This document shows, in pieces, positions 37,467-46,583 of a stretch of DNA of 64,000 nucleotides. A program made the translations under genes and the position numbers. Position 1 is the stretch's first letter, and every line of letters begins with the position of its first letter. The DNA comes from a virus, in IMG/VR virus record IMGVR_UViG_3300011443_000014, positions 2,563-66,562 of that record; one strand, written 5' to 3'. The notes under the pieces are model-generated. The model was given only the letters and a program-made list of their open reading frames with translations, ran no database searches and was not told the DNA's origin.

Positions 37467-38918
37467 CTACAGGGCGATGTAGGGGCCGGATTTGCCGAAG
37501 GTGCCTTCGGCGAGGGCACGGGCCAGCCGGTAGGCCATGATCGGCGGGACCGAATTCCCCATCCGGGCCCACGCCTGGGCCCTGGACTTCGGCAGCCAGA
37601 AGTCGTCCGGGAACGAGCAGAGGGCGCGGACCTCGTCGATGGTGATCAGCCGGCGCACGGCGAACTTGCCCGCCTCAACCGCGATGCCATGGTGCTGCTG
37701 CTGTGTCGTGACGGCGCCGGCCGGTTCGGTGCTCGAGATCTTAGGCTTGTGCTTCGCCTTCGCGGTCGGTTTGGCGTTGATGCCGGCCGCATCCACGGTC
37801 ACGGTCGACAGGTGCGGACAGGCGTCACGGATGCTGTAGCGGTATGGCAGGGGCGTCGGGAAGGTGATCGGCAGGTCGAGGTCCTGGCGCACGCACACGA
37901 AGATCACGCGGCCACGGGTTTGTGGCACGCCCAGCCATTGCGCATCGACCTTCCGGCACTCGACGCGGTAGCCGGCCGCCTTGATGGCCCGCACGATCCC
38001 GTTGTAGATGCCGCGGGCGACACCCATCGTCAGGCCGACCACGTTCTCCGCGATCGCCACCTTCGGCTGCAAGCCGTCCAGCAATCGGATCCACTCGAAA
38101 AACAAATCCTCGATCCGGTCCTGTTCCACCCCGCCGTGCATCTTCGTCTCGTTCCACCCGTCTTCACGTCGGCCGGCGGTGCTGAACGCCGTGCAAGGCG
38201 GCGATCCTTCGAACACGTCGAGCTCGCCAGCCTTCAGGCCGGTCGCGCTCAGGATGTCGGCGGCCGTGATCACGCGGATGTCGCGGCGGTCGAGGTCGAC
38301 GTCAGGGAAGTTGAACCCGTAGGTCTGTTGCGCGATCGGGTCGATGTCGTTCGCCCAGAGCGTGCGGAACCCGGCCATCTTGAACCCGAGGCACGTCCCG
38401 CCGCCACCGCTGAAGGTCGAGACGTGGGTCAGGCCATGCGTCCCGAGGGCGTGTACTTCCGACAGCAACGGTCGACGATAGGGCGGCTTCCCTGAGACAT
38501 CGACCGGGGCTTGGTCGCTGGCCGCCACGATCTGTGCGTAGTGCGCACGTTCGGCGCCGAGGCCTTCGGTCGTGATGCACGGCGCCGGGTCGTCGATCCC
38601 CGTCGTGGTGCGAATCGAATGGCCCTTCTTTTTGCTCGAGGCCAGATACGAGGCGGGCATGACGATCTCCGTCTGGTCGGTGGAACTACCGTCGATGCCG
38701 CCGGCCTGGATGCACGGCGGGGCGTCAATCGACGACGTGCGCTCCGTGCTGAATCCTGACCGACGCGCGAGGTAGGGCTCAGCCATCAGCACGACCTCGA
38801 TGTCGCTGTGGCCGCATTTCCGAATCCCGCTCGCCGTGATGCACGGTGACGGTAGGTCGAACGGCACGACGTCTTCCGCGGCCACGCCTTGCCGGTACGC
38901 GAGGAATCCATTCACCAC
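37467..38918 (-). CDS. C5-cytosine DNA methyltransferase with N-terminal repeat extension
   Basis: STFSGGGG (I), GSPPC (IV), ENV (VI), QTRGRV (VIII), RMGNSV (X). Confidence 0.92.
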   Translation of the reverse strand: MVNGFLAYRQGVAAEDVVPFDLPSPCITASGIRKCGHSDIEVVLMAEPYLARRSGFSTERTSSIDAPPCIQAGGIDGSSTDQTEIVMPASYLASSKKKGHSIRTTTGIDDPAPCITTEGLGAERAHYAQIVAASDQAPVDVSGKPPYRRPLLSEVHALGTHGLTHVSTFSGGGGTCLGFKMAGFRTLWANDIDPIAQQTYGFNFPDVDLDRRDIRVITAADILSATGLKAGELDVFEGSPPCTAFSTAGRREDGWNETKMHGGVEQDRIEDLFFEWIRLLDGLQPKVAIAENVVGLTMGVARGIYNGIVRAIKAAGYRVECRKVDAQWLGVPQTRGRVIFVCVRQDLDLPITFPTPLPYRYSIRDACPHLSTVTVDAAGINAKPTAKAKHKPKISSTEPAGAVTTQQQHHGIAVEAGKFAVRRLITIDEVRALCSFPDDFWLPKSRAQAWARMGNSVPPIMAYRLARALAEGTFGKSGPYIAL

Positions 38919-39442
38919 TCGTATCCGCAGTGTTTACAGGTGTGCTCCGTCTCGAGGACGTCGTCAATCGCGGCGAACGTGTCCGGGGCAATCACGGGGC
39001 CGCGCACCGCGCGCGCCAGTTCGTCTGGCAGGAACCCGAGCTTCGGGGCGTCGAGGCCGTCGAGCAGGTCGCGCAGTGTCGCGCCGTCCCACTGGCTGAG
39101 CTCGTTCGTGCGGTTGTCGGCGATCGCGAGGATTTGCTTCTGTTCGTCGCTCAGGCCCGTCCGTCGCACCGCGACGACCGTCTCGCCGTCGGACTCGAGG
39201 ACGAGCACCTTCGTGAACCCCGCCGCCAGTGCCGCCTCGACGACACCGTTCCCCGCCAGCACGACGTTGTGCTCGTCGAGGACCAGCGACCGGCCTGGGC
39301 CGACGGTCTTCAGGGCATGAGTGATCGCGCGGATGTTTTCCGGCGTGTGGCGCCTGGCGTTGCGCGGGTCAGGCAGGAGGTCGGCGAGGTTCAATTCGAC
39401 AGCAACCATGATGTTTGATGGGCCGACCCTCTCCACCGGCAC
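38912..39442 (-). CDS. ParB N-terminal-like domain protein, paralog 1
   Basis: LADLLPDPRNARRH, SLVLDEHNVVLAGNG, LAIADNRTNE; C-terminal CKHC. Confidence 0.85.
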   Translation of the reverse strand: MPVERVGPSNIMVAVELNLADLLPDPRNARRHTPENIRAITHALKTVGPGRSLVLDEHNVVLAGNGVVEAALAAGFTKVLVLESDGETVVAVRRTGLSDEQKQILAIADNRTNELSQWDGATLRDLLDGLDAPKLGFLPDELARAVRGPVIAPDTFAAIDDVLETEHTCKHCGYEW

Positions 39443-39506
39443 GGGTCAATCGTGGCTGATACGGCCGTGTGCCAGTTGTGCACTGAACCACCAGTGCGCC
39501 GGCCCG

Positions 39507-40028
39507 TCAGAAGTCTACGACGAATCGGTCGTCGAGCGGCCACGGTTCGAGGTAACGCTTGTCGACCAGCCATGTCGGGCGCGGCAGTTGTTTCCCCCAT
39601 CGGCGCACGGCCAGCGCCCGCTGAATCGAGATGGTCCCGAGCAGTGCAATCCGTGGCGGCGACTGGTTCAGCATCAGCACGAGGGTATGCGCGGGCGGCA
39701 GGTCGGAGTCGTCGAACCGGAGGTCGTAGGTCGGCTTGCTGATGGTCTTCACCGCGTAGCCGTCAACGTCCGCGTCTTTCCAGGTGCTCGTGAGCTCGTC
39801 TACGGTCGGCAGGGGAAGGCCGGTCACGACACGGAACGCCACTTCGCCTTGCATGCCGAGGACGCGCTGGTAGCGTTGATCTGGCGTGTGCGCGTAGCGG
39901 GGATTCGGGCCGAGGTTGGCAGCGTTCTCGGCCATTCTGGTCGCCGCCGCGTCCGCCAGCGCCAGATGCTGGTCGTTCAGCACGCACCAGAGCCAGTTAC
40001 TCGATGATGATCCGGCGCCGTCGGACAT
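39507..40028 (-). CDS. Hypothetical protein, possible PD-(D/E)xK nuclease
   Basis: GMQGEVAF..DADVDGYAVKT pattern. Confidence 0.5.
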   Translation of the reverse strand: MSDGAGSSSSNWLWCVLNDQHLALADAAATRMAENAANLGPNPRYAHTPDQRYQRVLGMQGEVAFRVVTGLPLPTVDELTSTWKDADVDGYAVKTISKPTYDLRFDDSDLPPAHTLVLMLNQSPPRIALLGTISIQRALAVRRWGKQLPRPTWLVDKRYLEPWPLDDRFVVDF

Positions 40029-40245
40029 GGTCGATCCTCGAGGGAACAGGCACGTCGTCGAGCACGAGGACCGGGATCGTCCCGAGCGCGTGGCCCATTT
40101 TCACGATGGCTTCACCGGCTTCGTTCACGGTGAACGCCGACAGGCTGAACGCTTCCGACAGTCGTTGAAGGTTCACGGCCATTTGTTCGACGGCCGCGCG
40201 CATGGCATCTTCGACGTCTATTGGAGGCGGCGGCAACGTGGGCAT
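39997..40245 (-). CDS. Hypothetical protein
   Basis: 82 aa, GGAGAG RBS. Confidence 0.5.
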   Translation of the reverse strand: MPTLPPPPIDVEDAMRAAVEQMAVNLQRLSEAFSLSAFTVNEAGEAIVKMGHALGTIPVLVLDDVPVPSRIDHVRRRRIIIE

Positions 40246-40799
40246 CGCTCTCCCTCCTCAGTCCCGCCCGACAGTCCGTCACTGGTCGAGGCGCGGCCGC
40301 TCATCGACGCGAGGTCGTCTTTCCTGAATCCGAGTTTCGCCATCAGGTCGTCGTCGCCGGCCGTCATGGTGTCGAGGGCCGCGCGCAACTTCGGGCCGTC
40401 GAACGTCGAGAGCTCGTTCGCCCGGTTATCGGCGATCGCCAGATGGCGCTTCTGCTTGTCGTTCAACCCACGCCGGCGCACGGCGACGAGGGTGTCCGGG
40501 CCCGCGTCGACGACGACAGCCTTCGTCAGGCCCACACTCGCGGCGGCTTCGGTCGCGCCGTTACCCGCCAGGATCATGTTCCCTTCGTCGATGACGATGG
40601 ACCGCGAGAACCCGGCGGCCTGGATGGCGTCTTCGATGACGGCGAGACTCCGGGCGGTGTGGACGCGGAGGTTGTCGGGGTCGGGGGTGAAGGTCGACAC
40701 GGTGGTGTCTGTGAGAGTCGGCCCAGCGCGTCGACGAGATGGTCGCCGTACAGGGGTTTTCGTTTTCGCCGCAGCTTTTCGAGCAGGTCGCTTAGCCAC
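40218..40799 (-). CDS. ParB N-terminal-like domain protein, paralog 2
   Basis: FTPDPDNLRVH, SIVIDEGNMILAGNG, LAIADNRANE; C-terminal CPRC; basic N-terminal tail. Confidence 0.85.
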   Translation of the reverse strand: MAKRPARKAAAKTKTPVRRPSRRRAGPTLTDTTVSTFTPDPDNLRVHTARSLAVIEDAIQAAGFSRSIVIDEGNMILAGNGATEAAASVGLTKAVVVDAGPDTLVAVRRRGLNDKQKRHLAIADNRANELSTFDGPKLRAALDTMTAGDDDLMAKLGFRKDDLASMSGRASTSDGLSGGTEEGERCPRCRRLQ

Positions 40800-40802
40800 A
40801 CG

Positions 40803-41123
40803 TCATTCTCCTTGAAGGGTCGCCCGGATGTCGAAGCGGACATCCCGCATCCCGCGCATGTACTGCGAGGTGTGGTCCGCGAACGACGTGACGTCGATGG
40901 TCTCATGGGTCACGTCCACGCCGCAGAGGACGCCGACTTGTCGGAACGCGCCGTCGATGAACAGGTAAAGCGGCGGATCTTCTTTGGCTTGCCATCCGGC
41001 CTGGACGGTCGCAATGACTTCGACGAGTGAGGCCAGCGTCGTCGTCGGCGGGTGTGCTTGAACTTTCCGTACAGACGGCAGGGTCTCGAGCTCGACGCCG
41101 TCTACGAGGATCCGTCGCTTCAT
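40803..41123 (-). CDS. Hypothetical protein with a tail-tube-like C-terminal segment
   Basis: 106 aa, ATGA-coupled; VDVTHETIDVTSFADHTSQYMRGMRD. Confidence 0.7.
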   Translation of the reverse strand: MKRRILVDGVELETLPSVRKVQAHPPTTTLASLVEVIATVQAGWQAKEDPPLYLFIDGAFRQVGVLCGVDVTHETIDVTSFADHTSQYMRGMRDVRFDIRATLQGE

Positions 41124-41470
41124 CGGATGGTCTTTCGGTGCGCGCCACTCGGGCCGCTGAAGTGGCAGCCGTGACAGAGCAGTCGGCAGTTTTTCGGGTC
41201 GGTCCAGTCGCCGCCGAGGGCCTTGGACAGGATCTCGTCGACGTGGCCGACAAGGGTGAATAGTTCGTGGGCCAGATGCACGAACACGCCGCAGCGGTGC
41301 TTCCCAGCCGCGTCAGAGGGGTAGCAGTGCGGACAGCCCGTGCACTCGCATCGGGACATCGCGCGCTTCCAGACGACCGCGCAGCACTTCTTCCGGGCGC
41401 GGAGATCGACGCGCTTCAGGCGGGCCTTATGCTTCGCCCACGGTTCCGGCTTCCAGTTCGGTACGATCAT
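41120..41470 (-). CDS. HNH endonuclease-like protein
   Basis: CECTGC..HVDEILSKALGG..NCRLLCHGCH. Confidence 0.7.
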   Translation of the reverse strand: MIVPNWKPEPWAKHKARLKRVDLRARKKCCAVVWKRAMSRCECTGCPHCYPSDAAGKHRCGVFVHLAHELFTLVGHVDEILSKALGGDWTDPKNCRLLCHGCHFSGPSGAHRKTIR

Positions 41471-41910
41471 TCCGTCACCACGATCCGGCGGCCACCTGGA
41501 CGCGTGCGCTCGACGGCCTGGCCGGGTTCGGCCATGACGTCAGGGAGCAGCAGACATTCAGCGATCTTCGTCGTCGCAATCCACGGGGTCCCACATTTGG
41601 CGCACACCGGTTGCGGGACGTCCGACGAGGACAGGCGGCCCGGGATCACCGCTAGATGGTGGAGGCAGCAACTGCAGACGGCCCGGAACGCCCGGTTCGG
41701 GGAGTCGTAGCCGAGCTCACGCGCACGCCATGCGCGCCGCCACCAGACGTCTTCGCCTGTGGCCAGTTGCGTGTCCGTCGCTTTGTAGTCGCAGCCGCAG
41801 CACACGACCGACGCGTGCATCGGGTCGTAGTAGACCTCACGGCTGAGACACGACGGACAGGCCACCTTCGTGCCGACCAGCCACCGGACGTCAGGCTTCG
41901 GGAACGGCAT
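41467..41910 (-). CDS. Multi-zinc-finger protein
   Basis: CPSC, CCGC, CSCC, CAKC. Confidence 0.6.
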   Translation of the reverse strand: MPFPKPDVRWLVGTKVACPSCLSREVYYDPMHASVVCCGCDYKATDTQLATGEDVWWRRAWRARELGYDSPNRAFRAVCSCCLHHLAVIPGRLSSSDVPQPVCAKCGTPWIATTKIAECLLLPDVMAEPGQAVERTRPGGRRIVVTE

Positions 41911-42475
41911 CGGGCTTCTTCTGGCCCTTCTCCTGCAACTTTGCCGTCCGACCTTCGACGCGCATCCGGTCGGCCAGTCGGTCGGCGTCGGACTGGTCCT
42001 TCGCGCTCACCACGACGTACCACGCCGTCGGGCCACCACCGGGCTTCGCGGACTGGACCTCCGCGCGCAATCGCTCGCGCGTCCACGACGATCCGTCGGG
42101 GTCGCCTGTCACCGCGCGCTCGAGCCATTCGACCTGGGCGGACGGCTCGAGGCCGGCGACTTCACGGTGATGGAAAAACGTGAGCTCCGGACGTCGGATG
42201 TCGCGGTGGACGCGCGCGCAGACCCATCGGTACTGGTTCAGGGTGTCGATGGCCCAGCCGGTCGCGTCGATGGCCTGGGCGGCTTGTTCGCCAAACGCTT
42301 GCTCGCCGTAGTTCAACCAGTCGCCGATGCACCACTGAATCCCGTGCTCGACGGCTTCGAGCCACGCGCCGAGGCCCGCCCAGTCGGTGAACGACAGGTC
42401 TTTGTTGACGCGAAGGCCGAGCGGGTCGAGGTCGTACTTCTTCCGGCTGAGGATGGCGACGGCTTCATCGGACAT
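41891..42475 (-). CDS. LmbU-like DNA-binding protein
   Basis: QWCIGDWLNYGE..TLNQYRWV..RRPELTFFHHREVA..WLERA. Confidence 0.7.
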   Translation of the reverse strand: MSDEAVAILSRKKYDLDPLGLRVNKDLSFTDWAGLGAWLEAVEHGIQWCIGDWLNYGEQAFGEQAAQAIDATGWAIDTLNQYRWVCARVHRDIRRPELTFFHHREVAGLEPSAQVEWLERAVTGDPDGSSWTRERLRAEVQSAKPGGGPTAWYVVVSAKDQSDADRLADRMRVEGRTAKLQEKGQKKPDAVPEA

Positions 42476-42707
42476 GGGCGGACTCCGTGCGCTTCGCACA
42501 CCGGTAGCCGGCGTACCACGCGCTGATCATGTGAGGTTGGGCGTAGGGGCACCGGGTCTCGGTGCGGGTCGACAGGTCGTGAAGGGCGGCGGCCCAGCCG
42601 AAGCGGAACGCGCCGCTCTGGATGCGGGATTGCGCGATCGAGGCCGGCATCTCGGCAGCGCTCACGGGCGCCGAGGGCCGACCGGAGGTCGTCTTCGTCG
42701 TCTGCAT
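42465..42707 (-). CDS. Rmf/CrpP-like small protein
   Basis: FRFGWAAAL..RCPYAQPHMISAWYAGY resembles RMF GYQAG..CPY..W..GW. Confidence 0.55.
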   Translation of the reverse strand: MQTTKTTSGRPSAPVSAAEMPASIAQSRIQSGAFRFGWAAALHDLSTRTETRCPYAQPHMISAWYAGYRCAKRTESAHVR

Positions 42708-42743
42708 CGTCGGGGTCTCTCCGATACTACACCGGGTTGTGGT

Positions 42744-43262
42744 TCAGAAGCCATCCGAGAACGCGTTGGGCGCCGTCTCCGCGTCGACCAGCGTCTTCAC
42801 GGCCTGGCTCCACGCTTCGCCGTGGGCGTTCGGCAACTCGTGGATCGTCACGCGCACACCCGGGGCCTCGTGCGCGAACGCGTAGCGCTTCTCGACGAGC
42901 AGTCGGGCCACTTGTTTGTCGTCGGCGAACGCCGTCTTCTGCAGCCCGTCGAGGACCGCGCGCGCCAGTTTGTCGGCGTCAGGCGTGACGACGGGGTAGA
43001 CCTCGAGCTTCCGCGACTTCGGGCGCTCGAGGCGGAATTCGAGGATGACGCCGAGCGGGCCATCGGCGAACATCGCCATCTCCCCGGTCGTCGTGTCGGT
43101 CACAGCATCGGCCGCCGCGGTGCGGATGACGCCTTCCCACGTCCGCAGGTTCTTTTTGTTCGCCGGGATGACGACCGCGCGATTCGTGCCTGGGATCACG
43201 AACGCTTTCGCGGAGCCTTTCGGGCTGGGCTTTCCGTAGACGTCAAACTCGACGCATCGCAT
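42744..43262 (-). CDS. rusA: RusA-family Holliday junction resolvase
   Basis: GKPSPKGS; PDADKLARAVLDGL; ADDKQV. Confidence 0.9.
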   Translation of the reverse strand: MRCVEFDVYGKPSPKGSAKAFVIPGTNRAVVIPANKKNLRTWEGVIRTAAADAVTDTTTGEMAMFADGPLGVILEFRLERPKSRKLEVYPVVTPDADKLARAVLDGLQKTAFADDKQVARLLVEKRYAFAHEAPGVRVTIHELPNAHGEAWSQAVKTLVDAETAPNAFSDGF

Positions 43263-43591
43263 GTGGTCTCCTCGAGGGTGATTCGGCGGCCAGACTTCTT
43301 CGCGGCGTAGGGGCGTACGGGCATGGTGTTCGTGATGGCCTCGAGGACCAAACGCTTCGCGGTGTTCACGAACGGACTGACCGCGATGACGTCCTCGAGG
43401 TTGCGCACTGCATCGCGGTCGATGAATAGCTCGACCCGAGGGAACACGGCGTCCTCGCGCATCTTCGTTTCGTGGTAGTCCCCGGAGGGTTGCTCCGTCA
43501 CGCGCACGCCGACCCCGACGCGGCCATCCTTATGGGCCAGCATCTGGTAGATCTCCATCGACAGGCGCATCAGGACCTTCGCGGTGTTCAT
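43196..43591 (-). CDS. Hypothetical protein
   Basis: ATGA-coupled start MNTAKVL. Confidence 0.55.
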   Translation of the reverse strand: MNTAKVLMRLSMEIYQMLAHKDGRVGVGVRVTEQPSGDYHETKMREDAVFPRVELFIDRDAVRNLEDVIAVSPFVNTAKRLVLEAITNTMPVRPYAAKKSGRRITLEETTCDASSLTSTESPARKAPRKRS

Positions 43592-44124
43592 GGCAGCAAC
43601 GGGGTCGGGTTCGGGTCGCCCACGATCTCGATGCCCGGGTCGACGCGCGACGACCAGACGAACCACGCGCACGTCACGGAGTCGGTGCCGCCGTCACCCG
43701 TGAACGAGATCCGAGGCAGCACGATCAGGCGCCGAGGCGGGGTCTCGACGAGCAGCCGCTCCCGGCCTTCGCACGGCTCGAGAAACGTCAGGCGCAGCAG
43801 GAACGCGACATGGTCCGAATGATCGAGGGCCTGGCGCAGGATGTCCGACGCGATGACGAACGGCGGGTTCGTCACGATGGCGTCCCACCGTCCAAACTGG
43901 TCCCAGAACTTTCCGTCGCGTGCGTCTCGGTGATACATCGTCGCACGGGTCAGGTCCGGGTCGTTCGTCGTGACGTAGTGATGGTCGCGGAGGACCGTGG
44001 CCATGTCCAGCGCACCCGCGCACGGTTCGAAGACTTGCGACCCGGCCGGCAGATGGAACCGCTGCAGCAGGGCCTGAGTCGCCCACGCCGGCGTCGGGTA
44101 GAAGTCGTTCAGGCGCCGAGCCAT
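43588..44124 (-). CDS. N6-adenine DNA methyltransferase (small phage type)
   Basis: DFYPTPAW, FEPCAG, IVTNPPF, LLRLTFLE. Confidence 0.88.
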   Translation of the reverse strand: MARRLNDFYPTPAWATQALLQRFHLPAGSQVFEPCAGALDMATVLRDHHYVTTNDPDLTRATMYHRDARDGKFWDQFGRWDAIVTNPPFVIASDILRQALDHSDHVAFLLRLTFLEPCEGRERLLVETPPRRLIVLPRISFTGDGGTDSVTCAWFVWSSRVDPGIEIVGDPNPTPLLP

Positions 44125-44348
44125 CAGTTCACAAACTCCACCAGCGCCCAGTCCTGCGAGATCCCTTGCTTGTCGGCGATGACGTTGCCGACGTGCTTCA
44201 TCACCGACGCGTGTTTACCGCCGAGGCCGACGACCTTCACGCGCTCACCTGGCTTCGGGGCCAGTCGCTTCGGCACAAACGCCCACGGCCGGCCATCGAG
44301 CACGGCCTTCAGGTCGTCGTCGTAGAGGCGGACGATCAGGTCATTCAT
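44124..44348 (-). CDS. Small hypothetical protein
   Basis: MNDLIVRL..; TGATG coupling on both sides. Confidence 0.55.
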   Translation of the reverse strand: MNDLIVRLYDDDLKAVLDGRPWAFVPKRLAPKPGERVKVVGLGGKHASVMKHVGNVIADKQGISQDWALVEFVN

Positions 44349-45682
44349 CAGAATCCTGCCAGTTCCGGGGGTTGGGCTTCGACGAACTTCGTCGCCGTCG
44401 CACGATAGGCGAGCTCGACGCGGGCCAGCGGGCCTTGTCGGTTCTTCGCCACCTTCAGCCAGATCTTCGCTGGCTTCGAGCGTTCGTCGCGCCAGAGCAG
44501 CCACACCTGGTCGGCGTCCTGCTCGAGGTTCCCCGACTCGCGGAGGTCCTTCAGCGTCGGCTCGCGCTTCCGTTCAGCATCGCGGCCCAGTTGTGCCAGC
44601 GCAATCACGATGACGTTCATCGACTTGGCAATGCGCTTCAGGCCGCGCGAGATTCGGCCGACGGTCAGGTGGCGCTTGTCGTCGTCGTCGTCGTCGGTGT
44701 CGCTCAACAGCTGCAGATAGTCGACGATGATGATGTCGAGGCCGCCAAGCAGTCGGCGGTGTTGCATCGCCCTCGAGCGCACTTCGGCCACCGTCTGCGC
44801 CGTGTCGTCGGTGGCGATCGACAGGTTCAGGACCGTCGCTTCCGCGAACCGGGTTTCTTCGGCTTCGTCCAGTTCACCGGAGGACAACCCGACGACCGGG
44901 ACATCGGCCGCCACGCCGACGTACCGCTGGCCGATGGAGGCCCGGTCCATCTCCGCGCTGATGAACGAGATCTTCAGGCCGGCCTTCGCCCACGGGATCG
45001 CCAGACTCACCGCCAGTGCCGTCTTCCCGACCGACGTCCTGGCGCCGACCAGCACGTATTTTCCGCGTTGAATTCCTCGCGTGACCCGGTCGAGGCCCGC
45101 CAGCCCGGTTTTGATCATCGACTCCTGGCCGCCGCGATAGTGGTCCCACACGTCCGCCATGATGGACTCGAACGAATCGGCCTCGAGCGGTCGCGCGGCG
45201 TCTTCTGCCGTGTCCAGGGTCTCGTAGAGGCTCGCGCGGATGTCATCGAACGACTCCGACGCCAGTTTGCCGCGGGTGTCTTCGAGGGCGTAGTAGAGGG
45301 CTCTCCGCCGAGACGCATCCCGGACGCGTCGAGCGACGTCGTCCCACACTTTCGAGATCGGGGCCGCATCCGACAGGCGGGACAGGTCGAGGGCTTTCAC
45401 CCCGTCGAGGCCGAGTCGTTGCAGTTCCTGGCGCACGGCCTGAAGGTGCGGCGTCTGGTTCGCGCGGACCAGTGACAGGACGGCTTGCATCGTGGTCCGG
45501 GCCACGAACCCGTGGAAATGCCCGGGCTCGATGCCGGCGCCGACGACTTCGGTAGCACGGTCCGGGTACGTCAGGATCCACCCGACCAGTGAATCCTCGA
45601 GGTCTTTGTCCCAGACCAGTTTCGAGGTCAGGAGATCCTTCGGCGGTTCCGGGCGGTCGTCCACCTTCATTCGGCGCCTCAT
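44348..45682 (-). CDS. dnaB: DnaB-like replicative helicase
   Basis: Start reassigned (ATGA with the initiator stop); GARTSVGKT, FISAEM, IIVDYLQL, LAQLGR, DLRESGNLEQDAD, KNRQGP. Confidence 0.95.
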   Translation of the reverse strand: MRRRMKVDDRPEPPKDLLTSKLVWDKDLEDSLVGWILTYPDRATEVVGAGIEPGHFHGFVARTTMQAVLSLVRANQTPHLQAVRQELQRLGLDGVKALDLSRLSDAAPISKVWDDVARRVRDASRRRALYYALEDTRGKLASESFDDIRASLYETLDTAEDAARPLEADSFESIMADVWDHYRGGQESMIKTGLAGLDRVTRGIQRGKYVLVGARTSVGKTALAVSLAIPWAKAGLKISFISAEMDRASIGQRYVGVAADVPVVGLSSGELDEAEETRFAEATVLNLSIATDDTAQTVAEVRSRAMQHRRLLGGLDIIIVDYLQLLSDTDDDDDDKRHLTVGRISRGLKRIAKSMNVIVIALAQLGRDAERKREPTLKDLRESGNLEQDADQVWLLWRDERSKPAKIWLKVAKNRQGPLARVELAYRATATKFVEAQPPELAGF

Positions 45683-46515
45683 TTGGACACCGGCAGGTGC
45701 ACCAGGCAACGGCCGGCCGCCGCCTTCCCACAGACGCACGCCTTCAGCCGTTCGGCACGGGCCGCCGCCGCAATCTGGTCGCTCGTCCAGAGGGTCGAGG
45801 TCGTCGGGACGATGGGAACGCCGACGTCGGGGGAGGTTTCTCGCTGGCGGGCTTCCAGCGAGGCGTGGCAGGCCTTCAGGCACAACACCCACGTATCCCC
45901 GCGGGCGGCCAGACGGAGGGGGTAGTCCCGCTCGTCGAGGTACGCGTCGTCGAGGGTCAGGAATTCCCTCAGGTAATCCTCGAGGGACACGCCTTCCGGC
46001 TCGAGACGGCCGGCCAGCGTCTTCAGGTGTCGGCGCTCCTCGCGCTCGACGGTCGGCGCCACGGCCGTCCTGGGCCGGCCTTTCAGTTCCCGGTACACCC
46101 GCAGGAACAGCATCCACTGTTGCGTGCTGGCATTGATGGCGGGTCGTTGTGGTCGTCGGGGTCTTTGCATCGTCTCCTCGTCGCCGGCGACAGCCGGTAC
46201 TGACTCCCGAAGGGAGTACCGATCTAGTACATAGTCCGAACCGGCAAATCGTCGTCCCTTTTTGCCGGTTCGGAAGTGGGACAGGTCGAGCAGATCCGGC
46301 TTCCGGCCGCCGCCGGGGTTCGGCCTGGACTGGCGGCGCAGCCAGCCCCACGACTTCAGCCGGCGGTAGGCCGTGCGGACGGTCCGTTCGGACACCCCGG
46401 ACAGGTGTGCGATCGTGGTTTGCGCCCGGCTCGTACGTCGGGCGCCGGGTTTCAGTTGGGCCAGGATGGTGTCGAAGACGCGGTAGTCGGACGTCGTCAG
46501 TCGTTCAGGGGCCAT
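45679..46515 (-). CDS. Replication initiator with N-terminal winged HTH
   Basis: AQTTIAHLSGVSERTVRTAYRRLKSWGWL; directly upstream of dnaB. Confidence 0.75.
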   Translation of the reverse strand: MAPERLTTSDYRVFDTILAQLKPGARRTSRAQTTIAHLSGVSERTVRTAYRRLKSWGWLRRQSRPNPGGGRKPDLLDLSHFRTGKKGRRFAGSDYVLDRYSLRESVPAVAGDEETMQRPRRPQRPAINASTQQWMLFLRVYRELKGRPRTAVAPTVEREERRHLKTLAGRLEPEGVSLEDYLREFLTLDDAYLDERDYPLRLAARGDTWVLCLKACHASLEARQRETSPDVGVPIVPTTSTLWTSDQIAAAARAERLKACVCGKAAAGRCLVHLPVSK

Positions 46516-46583
46516 CGTCGGTCAGGTCTCCCGTGCGGCGGGCTCGCCAGCGGTCTCTGGCGGGTCGTCACCCGAAGGTTGAG

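Noticed and set aside
45683-46351. N-terminal extension of the 667-aa DnaB ORF
   Set aside because: Overlaps the initiator gene out of frame; the ATGA-coupled start at 45682 gives a normal-sized DnaB
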